Below, piece after piece: positions 1 to 6,490 of a stretch of 13,238 nucleotides of DNA. The position numbers and the translations under genes were made by a program. Source of the DNA: a virus (Duplodnaviria; Heunggongvirae; Uroviricota; Caudoviricetes); the IMG/VR virus record IMGVR_UViG_2526164633_000018, positions 1 through 13,238 of that record; one strand, given 5' to 3'. The notes under the pieces were generated by a model. The model did no database searches. It had not been told where the DNA came from and saw only the letters and a list, made by a program, of their open reading frames with translations. The first letter of the stretch is position 1. Each line of letters opens with the position of its first letter.

Positions 1-4
1 GGGA

Positions 5-322
5 ATGACGTTCCCGGAACTGTATGACGACAGCCATCCGGAAGCCCTGGCCCGTAATACCCAGAAAATTTTCCGTTGGCTGGATAAAGACACCCCTGAT
101 GCTGTTGAAAAAATGCAGGCTCTGTTACCGGCGATCGAAAAGGCGATGCCGCCTTTGCTGGTGGCCCGTATGCGCAGCCACAGTTCTGAATATTACCGTG
201 AGATCGTCGAACGGAGGGATCGGCTGGTGAAGGATGTCGATGATTTTGTTGCGTCAGCGGTTGTTTTGTATGACCAGATGAATCGCGGCGGCCCGGCAGG
301 GAATGCTGTGGTGATGCACTAA
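5..322 (+). CDS. Phage early-region protein, probably 5'-truncated at the window edge; possibly a CII/YdaT-like regulator
   Basis: Reading frame is open back to nt 2 with no visible RBS, so the true start probably lies upstream of the window. Stop TAA at 320-322. It sits directly upstream of the replication initiator, as ydaT does in Rac-type modules. The family assignment is inference from position only. Confidence 0.4.
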   Translation: MTFPELYDDSHPEALARNTQKIFRWLDKDTPDAVEKMQALLPAIEKAMPPLLVARMRSHSSEYYREIVERRDRLVKDVDDFVASAVVLYDQMNRGGPAGNAVVMH

Positions 323-344
323 AAGCACGGTGTTCGGGGGTTTT

Positions 345-1493
345 ATGAGCAGCAAGCTTCATGGTCTTGTCTGGGAAGGGTGCGCCTTCACCGGCATGAT
401 CTTATCCAGGGTGGCGGTTATGGCCCGTCTTGCAGACTACAGCAATGACGAGGGCGTGTCATGGCCTGCCATTGAAACTATCCGGCGTCAGATCGGTGCA
501 AGAAGTGAATCCACAGTGAAATCGGCTATTGCAGAACTGGCGAAAGAGGGCTGGCTGACGAAGGAAGAGCGTAAGGTCGGTGGGCGTAATGTAAGCAATA
601 TCTATCGGCTTAATGTGGAAAAACTCGAAGCAGCTGCGGCGGCGGCGCGTGAGTCATATAAACCGAAAAGAAAAATTAGCCCGGCAAAAAATGACCCGTT
701 AACAGTTGACCCGTCAAATATTGACCCCTCAACGGTTGACCCGTCAAATTTTGATGGATCAACTGTTGATAAAAAACTGCCGATTAGGGGGGCGATGATT
801 GACCCCGATCCGTCAGTATTAAAACCTGATCCGTCAGATAAAAGATCTTCTTGTCCGGACGCTTCGCAACCGGACCCGCAGACGGCTGAACAGGATTTTT
901 TAACCCGACACCCTGACGCGGTTGTGTTCAGTGCGAAAAAACGCCAGTGGGGAAGTCAGGAAGATTTGGTGTGCGCACAGTGGATCTGGGGACGAATCGT
1001 GAGTCTTTACGAGCAGGCGGCCAGCGATGATGGCGAGATCACTAGACCGAAAGAACCCAACTGGACAGCATGGGCCAATGACGTTCGCACAATGCGGATG
1101 CTGGATGGCAGAACTCACAGACAAATTTGTGAAATGTTTGGGCGTCTCCAGCGGGATTCGTTCTGGGTAAAAAACATCATGAGTCCGGCAAAACTCCGGG
1201 AAAAATGGGATGAACTGGTTATCCGCCTGGGGCGTTCGCCTGCGCAGCGTTGCGTGAATCACATTTCTGAACCGGACACTGAAATACCGCCGGGATTCGA
1301 GGGGGTGACGTGTCATGAAAAACATTGCGGCAGGTTGGGGTTCTTGAACGTATTCGCAGACTTGCACCGACAGGGGTCGCTCCACCGTACCGGACGGTGG
1401 AGGAGTGGCGGGAATGGCAACTTGCTGAAGGACGAAAACGCAGCGAGGAGATTAACCGCCAGAATCGCCAGTTGCGGGTGGAAAAAATCCTGA
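345..1493 (+). CDS. Replication initiator (O-like): N-terminal HTH domain plus a C-terminal region resembling primosomal protein DnaT
   Basis: ATG at 345 follows a G-rich SD (cggggg, 335-340); the six-frame ORF opens at GTG 330. The N-terminus (ARLADYSNDEGVSWPAIETIRRQIGARSESTVKSAIAELAKEGWL) looks like an HTH. The C-terminal motif SEPDTEIPPGFEG matches my recollection of the DnaT C-terminus (…SEPDSQIPPGFRG). The last ~60 codons (VTCHEKHCGRLG…) are rich in C/H/R/G/W and look like an out-of-frame read-through into the next gene. Confidence 0.7.
   Translation: MSSKLHGLVWEGCAFTGMILSRVAVMARLADYSNDEGVSWPAIETIRRQIGARSESTVKSAIAELAKEGWLTKEERKVGGRNVSNIYRLNVEKLEAAAAAARESYKPKRKISPAKNDPLTVDPSNIDPSTVDPSNFDGSTVDKKLPIRGAMIDPDPSVLKPDPSDKRSSCPDASQPDPQTAEQDFLTRHPDAVVFSAKKRQWGSQEDLVCAQWIWGRIVSLYEQAASDDGEITRPKEPNWTAWANDVRTMRMLDGRTHRQICEMFGRLQRDSFWVKNIMSPAKLREKWDELVIRLGRSPAQRCVNHISEPDTEIPPGFEGVTCHEKHCGRLGFLNVFADLHRQGSLHRTGRWRSGGNGNLLKDENAARRLTARIASCGWKKS
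692..766 (+). repeat. Iteron array inside the initiator gene: five tandem 15-bp repeats (TGACCCGTCAANNNT consensus), putative origin of replication
   Basis: Direct repeats tgacccgttaacagt / tgacccgtcaaatat / tgacccctcaacggt / tgacccgtcaaattt / tgatggatcaactgt, each with an internal TGAC..GTCA dyad. An A-rich stretch (tgataaaaaactg) and two gatccgtcag repeats follow at 767-830. At protein level this encodes the (V/I)DPS(N/T) repeat. Lambda's ori lies inside O in the same way. Confidence 0.55.
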
Positions 1494-2062
1494 ATCGTTC
1501 GGGCATCCAGCCTCTGCACAGCAAATGCTCGTTTGCAAATTATCAGGTGCAGAACGACGGGCAAAAATACGCGCTGAGCCAGGCCAAATCCATAGCTGAC
1601 GAACTGATGACCGGGTGCACGAATTTTGTGTTCAGCGGTAAAACCGGCACCGGGAAAAATCACCTTGCAGCGGCGATGGGCAACCGGCTGATGGTGAAGG
1701 GGCGCAGCGTGATTATCGTCACCGTGTCTGACGTCATGAGCGTGTTGCATGACAGCTACGACAACGGCAAATCCGGGGAAAAATTTTTACAGGAGCTTTG
1801 CGGGGTTGATTTGCTGGTCCTGGATGAAATAGGCGTTCAGCGGGAGACGAAAAACGAGCAGGTGGTATTGCACCAGATAATTGATCGCCGGACAGCATCA
1901 CTGTGCAGTGTCGGGATGTTAACAAACCTGAATCATGCCGCAATGAGTACGCTTCTTGGTGAGAGGATTATGGACCGCATGACCATGAACGGTGGTCGAT
2001 GGGTGACGTTTAACTGGGATAGCTGGCGTCCAAATGTCAGCAATATGAGGGTTGTGAAGTAA
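1325..2062 (+). CDS. DnaC-like helicase loader (AAA+ ATPase, IstB/DnaC family); start uncertain and N-terminus apparently frame-disrupted
   Basis: Collinear similarity to E. coli DnaC as I recall it: Walker A FSGKTGTGKNHLAAA, Walker B LLVLDEIG, C-terminal WVTFNWDSWR. The six-frame ORF opens with TTG at 1325 with no SD. A well-placed ATG at 1315 (SD gaggggg 1299-1305) encodes MKNIAAGWGS then stops, in a different frame. Stop TAA at 2060-2062. Confidence 0.75.
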   Translation: MRQVGVLERIRRLAPTGVAPPYRTVEEWREWQLAEGRKRSEEINRQNRQLRVEKILNRSGIQPLHSKCSFANYQVQNDGQKYALSQAKSIADELMTGCTNFVFSGKTGTGKNHLAAAMGNRLMVKGRSVIIVTVSDVMSVLHDSYDNGKSGEKFLQELCGVDLLVLDEIGVQRETKNEQVVLHQIIDRRTASLCSVGMLTNLNHAAMSTLLGERIMDRMTMNGGRWVTFNWDSWRPNVSNMRVVK

Positions 2063-2083
2063 TTTTGTCCGGAGGAAATTTTA

Positions 2084-2287
2084 ATGGAAACCGTATCTGA
2101 CGCACTGAAAGCACTGAAAAAAGCCTCTTCACATGTGGTGGCAGCTCGCCTTGGAATCAGTCGTGAAGAGGCTGTCAACGAGCTGTGGGAACTCAAAAGA
2201 AATGGCGTCGTTGATAAAACTGGTCACACCTGGTTCTGGCTGGCGAAGGTGAATCCGGGTAACCGAAGAGCGGCCAGTAAAATCTGA
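2084..2287 (+). CDS. Small hypothetical protein (67 aa), winged-helix-like
   Basis: ATG at 2084 follows SD GGAGG (2071-2075) with 8-nt spacing. Motif [19 protein letters not shown] resembles an HTH. Compact genes on the same strand on both sides. Confidence 0.55.
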   Translation: METVSDALKALKKASSHVVAARLGISREEAVNELWELKRNGVVDKTGHTWFWLAKVNPGNRRAASKI

Positions 2288-2297
2288 AGCACAGGAT

Positions 2298-2552
2298 ATG
2301 CTGACCGGGGAGGTCGAACAAAAAGTTACCGCAGACATGATGATTGAGTTTATCGGTCAGGATGGGGCTAAAACGTGTGAGGAACTGGCGGGTAAGTTCG
2401 GTGTCAGTACTCGCAAGGTTGCTTCCACGCTGGCGGTGGTAACCGCAACGGGGCGGCTGGCACGCGTTAATCAGAACGGTAAATTTCGTTACTGCATGCC
2501 GGGCGATAATTTACCAGCAGAGCCGAAAAGCCGCGCTGGTAACGGAAAGTGA
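2298..2552 (+). CDS. Small hypothetical protein (84 aa), winged-helix-like paralog of the preceding ORF
   Basis: ORF immediately follows the previous gene. Motif ELAGKFGVSTRKVASTLAVVTATG is HTH-like. The SD is weak, and an in-frame ATG at 2337 is an alternative start. Confidence 0.5.
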   Translation: MLTGEVEQKVTADMMIEFIGQDGAKTCEELAGKFGVSTRKVASTLAVVTATGRLARVNQNGKFRYCMPGDNLPAEPKSRAGNGK

Positions 2553-2634
2553 TGGTAAGGCCTTTCCTCAGCCAGCAGGTGCTGCGTTACCAGGCCGGGA
2601 AGCCGCAACACAGGAAGAAATTAAAACAGAAACT

Positions 2635-2853
2635 GTGGCGGACATTGTGCAGTCGTTGCCATCGTTTACCGAAACGCAAGCAGATGAGCTGATTTTTCCG
2701 TCCCTGCGCAGGGCAAACCTGGCGCTGCGCAGGGCGAAAAGTGATGTTCAGAAGTGGGAGCGAGTCTGCGCCGCGCTGCGGGAGCTGAACAAGCACCGGG
2801 ATATTGTTCGACAGATTACTGATTCTTCCCGCCGTGTTGTATCGGAAAAGTGA
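2635..2853 (+). CDS. Hypothetical protein (72 aa)
   Basis: ORF with a GTG start and no convincing SD. It fills the gap between flanking genes on the same strand, but the start and reality of the gene are uncertain. Confidence 0.3.
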   Translation: MADIVQSLPSFTETQADELIFPSLRRANLALRRAKSDVQKWERVCAALRELNKHRDIVRQITDSSRRVVSEK

Positions 2854-2868
2854 TTGCCGGAGGCGCTT

Positions 2869-3291
2869 ATGGCAAAAGTATTTACACAAGAAGAGCGGGA
2901 AAAAATTAAAGGGCAGGTTGTTGAGCTAGTACGCCGGAGTGGGCGCGAGACGTTACGGCAACTGGAAGCCAAGACAGGTGCGACAAGATATCTGATGAGT
3001 GTTCTCGCCAGAGAGCTGGTTGCCAGTGGCGATGTATACAACTCTGGTTACGGGTTATTCCCGTCTGAACAGGCGCGTAAGGACTGGCAAAACGCCCGCA
3101 AAAAACTCTCAAGGGCAAATCTGAAGAAACCATCTGTGGTTGATCCTGACCTTATCTGGCCATTACCAGACGGAGAAATACGCCGCTACGACAGGCGTCA
3201 AAACATAATCTGTAGCGAGTGCCGGAAGAGCGAAGCTATGCAGCGTGTACTGGCTTTCTATCAGGGTAATTTTCAGAAGGTGCTGTTGTGA
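2869..3291 (+). CDS. Hypothetical protein (140 aa) with an N-terminal winged-helix-like region and a C-terminal Cys-containing segment
   Basis: ATG at 2869 follows SD GGAGG (2859-2863); the six-frame ORF opens 5 codons earlier at 2854. Motif LRQLEAKTGATRYLMSVLARELVASG. Stop TGA at 3289-3291. Confidence 0.55.
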   Translation: MAKVFTQEEREKIKGQVVELVRRSGRETLRQLEAKTGATRYLMSVLARELVASGDVYNSGYGLFPSEQARKDWQNARKKLSRANLKKPSVVDPDLIWPLPDGEIRRYDRRQNIICSECRKSEAMQRVLAFYQGNFQKVLL

Positions 3292-3396
3292 GCCAAATTA
3301 ACAATCGGAACTTCGTGAAGAGAAAGCATAATCCAAATCTGAATAATTAAGTTCAGCACTGTAAATAAAATTTAATCCTTAACTGGAGGTATATCT

Positions 3397-3609
3397 ATGT
3401 CAAATACACAGAAAATTATTAACACTGAAAAATATAACGAGTGGGTGAAAAAATTCTCTGAGCAGATTTTTAAAATTACTGGCGACGAGAATGTGGCAAA
3501 AAATGAATTGGAACCGTGGACACCTGAAGGAAACGCACCAAATTATTGCTGGTGGGAGGTTGATCCGGTTGATGCTGCAAATGAAGCCATGAGTTACCAC
3601 AACGATTAA
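3397..3609 (+). CDS. Cassette gene A1: small acidic hypothetical protein (70 aa)
   Basis: Strong SD (ctggaggt) 7 nt upstream of ATG 3397. Intact paralog at 4663-4875 with about 9 of 70 residues different. Stop TAA at 3607-3609. Confidence 0.6.
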   Translation: MSNTQKIINTEKYNEWVKKFSEQIFKITGDENVAKNELEPWTPEGNAPNYCWWEVDPVDAANEAMSYHND

Positions 3610-3641
3610 TGTCGGGAGGCCGCCCGAAAGGGCGGTAAGAA

Positions 3642-3860
3642 ATGACTACATTATTCAGAAAAGAATATCCGCAAAAAAGTAGGGCGACAGAATTTTTGTT
3701 TCTCATTCTGTTTATCGTATTGATGATACCGATATCCCCTCTAATTTTTGTCTGGGCAATCGGGAAAATAATTGAGCCAGTTACTGAATTGTATAACGAC
3801 GTGGTATGGGCGTCATTCAACACACTGCACAATAAAATTAATCCGTATAAGGAAAACTGA
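3642..3860 (+). CDS. Cassette gene B1: small membrane protein (72 aa, one predicted TM helix)
   Basis: ATG at 3642 lies just downstream of a GC hairpin (gccgccc-gaaa-gggcggt) that follows a gggagg motif. Hydrophobic core FLFLILFIVLMIPISPLIFVWAIG. Stop TGA at 3858-3860 sits 1 nt before the next ATG. Confidence 0.5.
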   Translation: MTTLFRKEYPQKSRATEFLFLILFIVLMIPISPLIFVWAIGKIIEPVTELYNDVVWASFNTLHNKINPYKEN

Positions 3861-3861
3861 T

Positions 3862-4124
3862 ATGGCAACTTTGACAAAAAAGAACGGGCATGGTTGAACG
3901 AATTACAGGAAGTTCTTGATCGCTGTCCATCACCGAAAAAAATTGGCTTTTACACCATTGGCGATAAAAGCATTTACCTGTATGACCTACGCCGCATGGA
4001 TGAAATCATGGAGGCTCTTGATAATCGTTCGTCGATGGATTGGTGTGTTGCTGTTCATGATATGAATGCAGGGTTTGATGAAAAGATTTTGTTCCCCTCA
4101 TCAGTTGAAAGCACTGCGGGTTAA
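3862..4124 (+). pseudogene. Cassette gene C1, frameshifted in an A-tract (A6 here versus A7 in the intact paralog)
   Basis: ATG 3862 with the same SD context as C2, but atg gca act ttg aca aaa aag aac ggg cat ggt tga stops after 11 codons. The rest of the protein (NELQEVLDRCPSPKK…STAG) is intact in the +1 frame from TTG 3894. The paralog at 5127-5390 reads MATLTKKERAWLNELQ… uninterrupted. Confidence 0.45.
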
Positions 4125-4255
4125 GGAGTAACACATGACCACTATTACCAAAGAACGTATTGAATTGTTCATTAAATTTTCAGGAGGCGGTACTGTGAGT
4201 GAAATTAGCTATCAGGCTTCAATTACCGCTGGCATTCGCATCAAAGGAGAGGAGC

Positions 4256-4612
4256 ATGGAAATAAAACCAGAGGATGAGTTAAGCAATATCGTTTTATTT
4301 CCGGTAAAAGAGGATGACCCTCGTAATCAGGTTAATTTTCTTTATGAGCCATCGGAAAGACCATATTGCCATCACGCCTCTGTTCGGGTTGACGAAAAAG
4401 AGCGTCAGGTCCGCTGTAAAATCTGCGGTGCAGTTGTGGAGCCGTTTGACTGGATGCTCTCTGTGGCGAAAAGAGAAACCAGACTGGCAGATGATGTAAG
4501 GCTATTGCGCCAGGAGGAACAGGAAAGGCGGAAAAATATAGAAAAGTTAATTCAGATTGAGCGTAACGCGAAAGCGCGGATACGCAGGGCGACAAAATCC
4601 AGAACTGAATAA
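4256..4612 (+). CDS. Hypothetical zinc-ribbon-like protein (118 aa) with a basic, probably coiled-coil C-terminus
   Basis: ATG 4256 follows SD aggagaggag (4244-4253). Motifs PYCHH…CKICG are candidate metal ligands. C-terminus is rich in R/K/E/Q. Lies in the unique segment between the two cassette copies. The six-frame ORF opens upstream at 4199. Confidence 0.55.
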   Translation: MEIKPEDELSNIVLFPVKEDDPRNQVNFLYEPSERPYCHHASVRVDEKERQVRCKICGAVVEPFDWMLSVAKRETRLADDVRLLRQEEQERRKNIEKLIQIERNAKARIRRATKSRTE

Positions 4613-4662
4613 ATAAATTTAGCGCTGTAAATAAAATCTAATCCTTAACTGGAGGTATATTT

Positions 4663-4875
4663 ATGTTAAATACACAGAAAGCCATTAATGCGGAAAAATA
4701 TAACGAGTGGGCAAGAAAATTCTCTGAGCAGATTTTTAAAATTACTGGCGATGAGAATGCGGCAAAAAATGAATTAGAACCGTGGACGCCTGAAGGAGCC
4801 GACCCAAATTATTGCTGGAGGGAGGTTGATCCAGTTGATGCTGCAAATGAAGCTATGAGTTATCACAACGATTAA
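4663..4875 (+). CDS. Cassette gene A2: small acidic hypothetical protein (70 aa), paralog of A1
   Basis: Same SD (ctggaggt) and start context as A1. Protein is about 87% identical to A1 by eye. Confidence 0.6.
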   Translation: MLNTQKAINAEKYNEWARKFSEQIFKITGDENAAKNELEPWTPEGADPNYCWREVDPVDAANEAMSYHND

Positions 4876-4907
4876 TGTCAGGAGGCCGCCCGAAAGGGCG
4901 GTAATGA

Positions 4908-5124
4908 ATGGTCACATTATTTAGAAAAAATATCCGCGAAAGAGTAGAACAACAGAATTTCTGTTTCTCATTCTGTTTATCGTGTTGATGATACCGATAT
5001 CCCCGTTAATCCTAGCCTGGATAATCGGAAAAATAATTGAGCCAGTTATTGAATTGTATAACGACGTGGTATGGGCGTCATTCAACACACTGCACAATAA
5101 AATTAATCCGTATAAGGAAAACTG
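4908..5124 (+). pseudogene. Cassette gene B2, frameshifted by a 1-nt deletion in an A-rich tract
   Basis: ATG 4908 aligns with the B1 start. U1 reads agaaaagaatatccg where U2 reads agaaaaaatatccg, so the frame runs MVTLFRKNIRERVEQQNFCFSFCLSC then stops at 4986-4988. The TM-encoding remainder is only open in another frame, ending at TGA 5122-5124. Confidence 0.4.
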
Positions 5125-5126
5125 AT

Positions 5127-5390
5127 ATGGCAACTTTGACAAAAAAAGAACGGGCATGGTTGAACGAATTACAGGAAGTTCTTGATCGCTGTCCATCACC
5201 GAAAAAAATTGGCTTTTACACCATTGGCGATAAAAGCATTTACCTGTATGACCTACGCCGCATGGATGAAATCATGGAGGCTCTTGATAATCGTTCGTCG
5301 ATGGATTGGTGTGTTGCTGTTCATGATATGAATGCAGGGTTTGATGAAAAGATTTTGTTCCCCTCATCAGTTGAAAGCACTGCGGGTTAA
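5127..5390 (+). CDS. Cassette gene C2: hypothetical protein (87 aa), the intact copy
   Basis: ATG 5127 follows SD aaggaaaa. The six-frame ORF opens upstream at 5037 and includes this sequence. Stop TAA at 5388-5390. Confidence 0.6.
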   Translation: MATLTKKERAWLNELQEVLDRCPSPKKIGFYTIGDKSIYLYDLRRMDEIMEALDNRSSMDWCVAVHDMNAGFDEKILFPSSVESTAG

Positions 5391-5400
5391 GGAGTAACAC

Positions 5401-6270
5401 ATGACCACTATTACCAAAGAACGTATTGAATTGTTCATTAAAAATCCGCTTGAAAACGGGCTTACCCGTGGTGAACAAATGGAACTGGCACGGATTGCGC
5501 TGGCATCGCTGGAAGCAGAGCCGGTGGCAAAGATTATAGCTCATTACCCATTAGGGGTTGACGTAGGCAAACAAAAATTCGTACAGGCCATTAGAGAGCT
5601 TCCTGACTTTGGCGGATATCTATTTGCCGCCCCTCCAGCGCCGATAGTGCCGGAAGAAATGTATTGGCAGGATGCGCCAGTTGAAGGCAGCAGCAAAGCG
5701 ACTGCATACGCTACAGGCTGGAACGATTGCCGCGAAGCCATGCTTCAGTCCGGAAACTTTCGGGAAAATAAAGATTCGTCAACCAATAATTTTCGGAAAA
5801 TCCCGGAAGCGTCAACCAGCTCTCCGGTAACTCCGGCTCTTCTGCCTGGTGGTTTCACCATTGAGGAGGCGAAGGAATTACATGAAGACCTGGTACGCAG
5901 CCACATAAGCAAGGCCTTAAGTGGCGAAAAGATGAAAAAGAAAGATCGCGATGCTGATTTGCGCTGGATTCATGGCGTTATAGTTCAGGCAGCGTGGTTT
6001 GTAAAAGCATCACTGGAGCAGAATGCACTATCGGGCAACTATCCGGTAACTCCGGATAGTTGGATAAGCTGTAGTGAGCGAATGCCGGATACCAAAACAG
6101 CCGTTCTTGTTGCCAGGGATTTTGGCAGGAAAGGTGACTGGCGAATGAAATGGGCGACTTACATCCCGGGGCATCCTGACGCTAATGATGGGTGGATAAT
6201 ACCTGGTGCGTCGTGGATACCATCACACTGGATGCCTCTACCAGAACCGCCGCAGGAGGTGCGCCAATGA
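5401..6270 (+). CDS. Phage protein with a C-terminal DUF551-like domain (289 aa)
   Basis: ATG 5401 follows SD aaggag. The C-terminal segment (WISCSERMPD…VLVA…W…PSHWMPLPEPP) matches the DUF551 pattern as I recall it from lambdoid nin-region proteins. Stop overlaps the next small ORF. Confidence 0.65.
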   Translation: MTTITKERIELFIKNPLENGLTRGEQMELARIALASLEAEPVAKIIAHYPLGVDVGKQKFVQAIRELPDFGGYLFAAPPAPIVPEEMYWQDAPVEGSSKATAYATGWNDCREAMLQSGNFRENKDSSTNNFRKIPEASTSSPVTPALLPGGFTIEEAKELHEDLVRSHISKALSGEKMKKKDRDADLRWIHGVIVQAAWFVKASLEQNALSGNYPVTPDSWISCSERMPDTKTAVLVARDFGRKGDWRMKWATYIPGHPDANDGWIIPGASWIPSHWMPLPEPPQEVRQ

Positions 6271-6350
6271 ACTGGCCTGAAGCATTTGCAATTACAGGCG
6301 TTGCTATGGCTATCGCTTTTTTAGTATATGTTATTTGTCGGTGGGGGTAA
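6267..6350 (+). CDS. Possible micro-ORF encoding a 27-aa hydrophobic peptide
   Basis: ATG 6267 overlaps the stop of the upstream gene (aATGA). Peptide MNWPEAFAITGVAMAIAFLVYVICRWG has a single TM-like segment. Below usual gene-calling size, so low confidence. Confidence 0.3.
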   Translation: MNWPEAFAITGVAMAIAFLVYVICRWG

Positions 6351-6385
6351 AAACGTTCGCCGGGATTAACACCAAAGGAGGGAAT

Positions 6386-6490
6386 ATGTCGGATGATATA
6401 TCACTGGCAATGGAAGGTGCGCTGGCTGTTGTTGCTGTTGTGGGTGTTTACTGCCTGGTTGTGTTTTTGATGGAGCGCCTGGGGAACTGA
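6386..6490 (+). CDS. Possible micro-ORF encoding a 34-aa hydrophobic peptide
   Basis: Strong SD aaggaggg (6375-6382) before ATG 6386. Peptide MSDDISLAMEGALAVVAVVGVYCLVVFLMERLGN has an acidic N-terminus and a TM-like core. Confidence 0.4.
   Translation: MSDDISLAMEGALAVVAVVGVYCLVVFLMERLGN

Larger units (their letters stand above)
3338..4177 (+). repeat. Copy 1 of a ~840 bp paralogous cassette (genes A1-B1-C1 plus the first 14 codons of the downstream DUF551-type gene)
   Basis: Collinear with 4604-5442 at about 90% identity by eye. The shared leader is ctgaata…gtaaataaaat(t/c)taatccttaactggaggtatat(c/t)tatg. Similarity ends after …ttgttcattaaa at 4177. Confidence 0.7.
4604..5442 (+). repeat. 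Copy 2 of the ~840 bp paralogous cassette (A2-B2-C2 plus the authentic 5' end of the DUF551-type gene)
   Basis: See copy 1. Here the cassette continues into an intact downstream gene starting at 5401. Confidence 0.7.

Noticed and set aside
24-230. Plus-strand ORF 24-230 overlapping the first gene in another frame
   Set aside because: Alternate-frame overlap with a longer ORF; Cys/Arg/Trp-rich translation typical of out-of-frame reading.
900-1750. Minus-strand ORFs 900-1385, 1219-1524 and 1313-1750 across the replication genes
   Set aside because: They lie entirely antisense to plus-strand genes with clear homology (initiator, DnaC-like). Their translations are low-complexity and R/S/P/H-rich with no start context. 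Treated as antisense shadow ORFs.
3400-5199. Minus-strand ORFs 3476-3877 (133 aa) and 4921-5199 (92 aa) antisense to the cassette B genes, present in both copies
   Set aside because: Both copies keep them, but that follows automatically from conservation of the sense strand. The plus-strand products have SDs, a TM helix and compact gene spacing. Antisense coding cannot be excluded without expression data.
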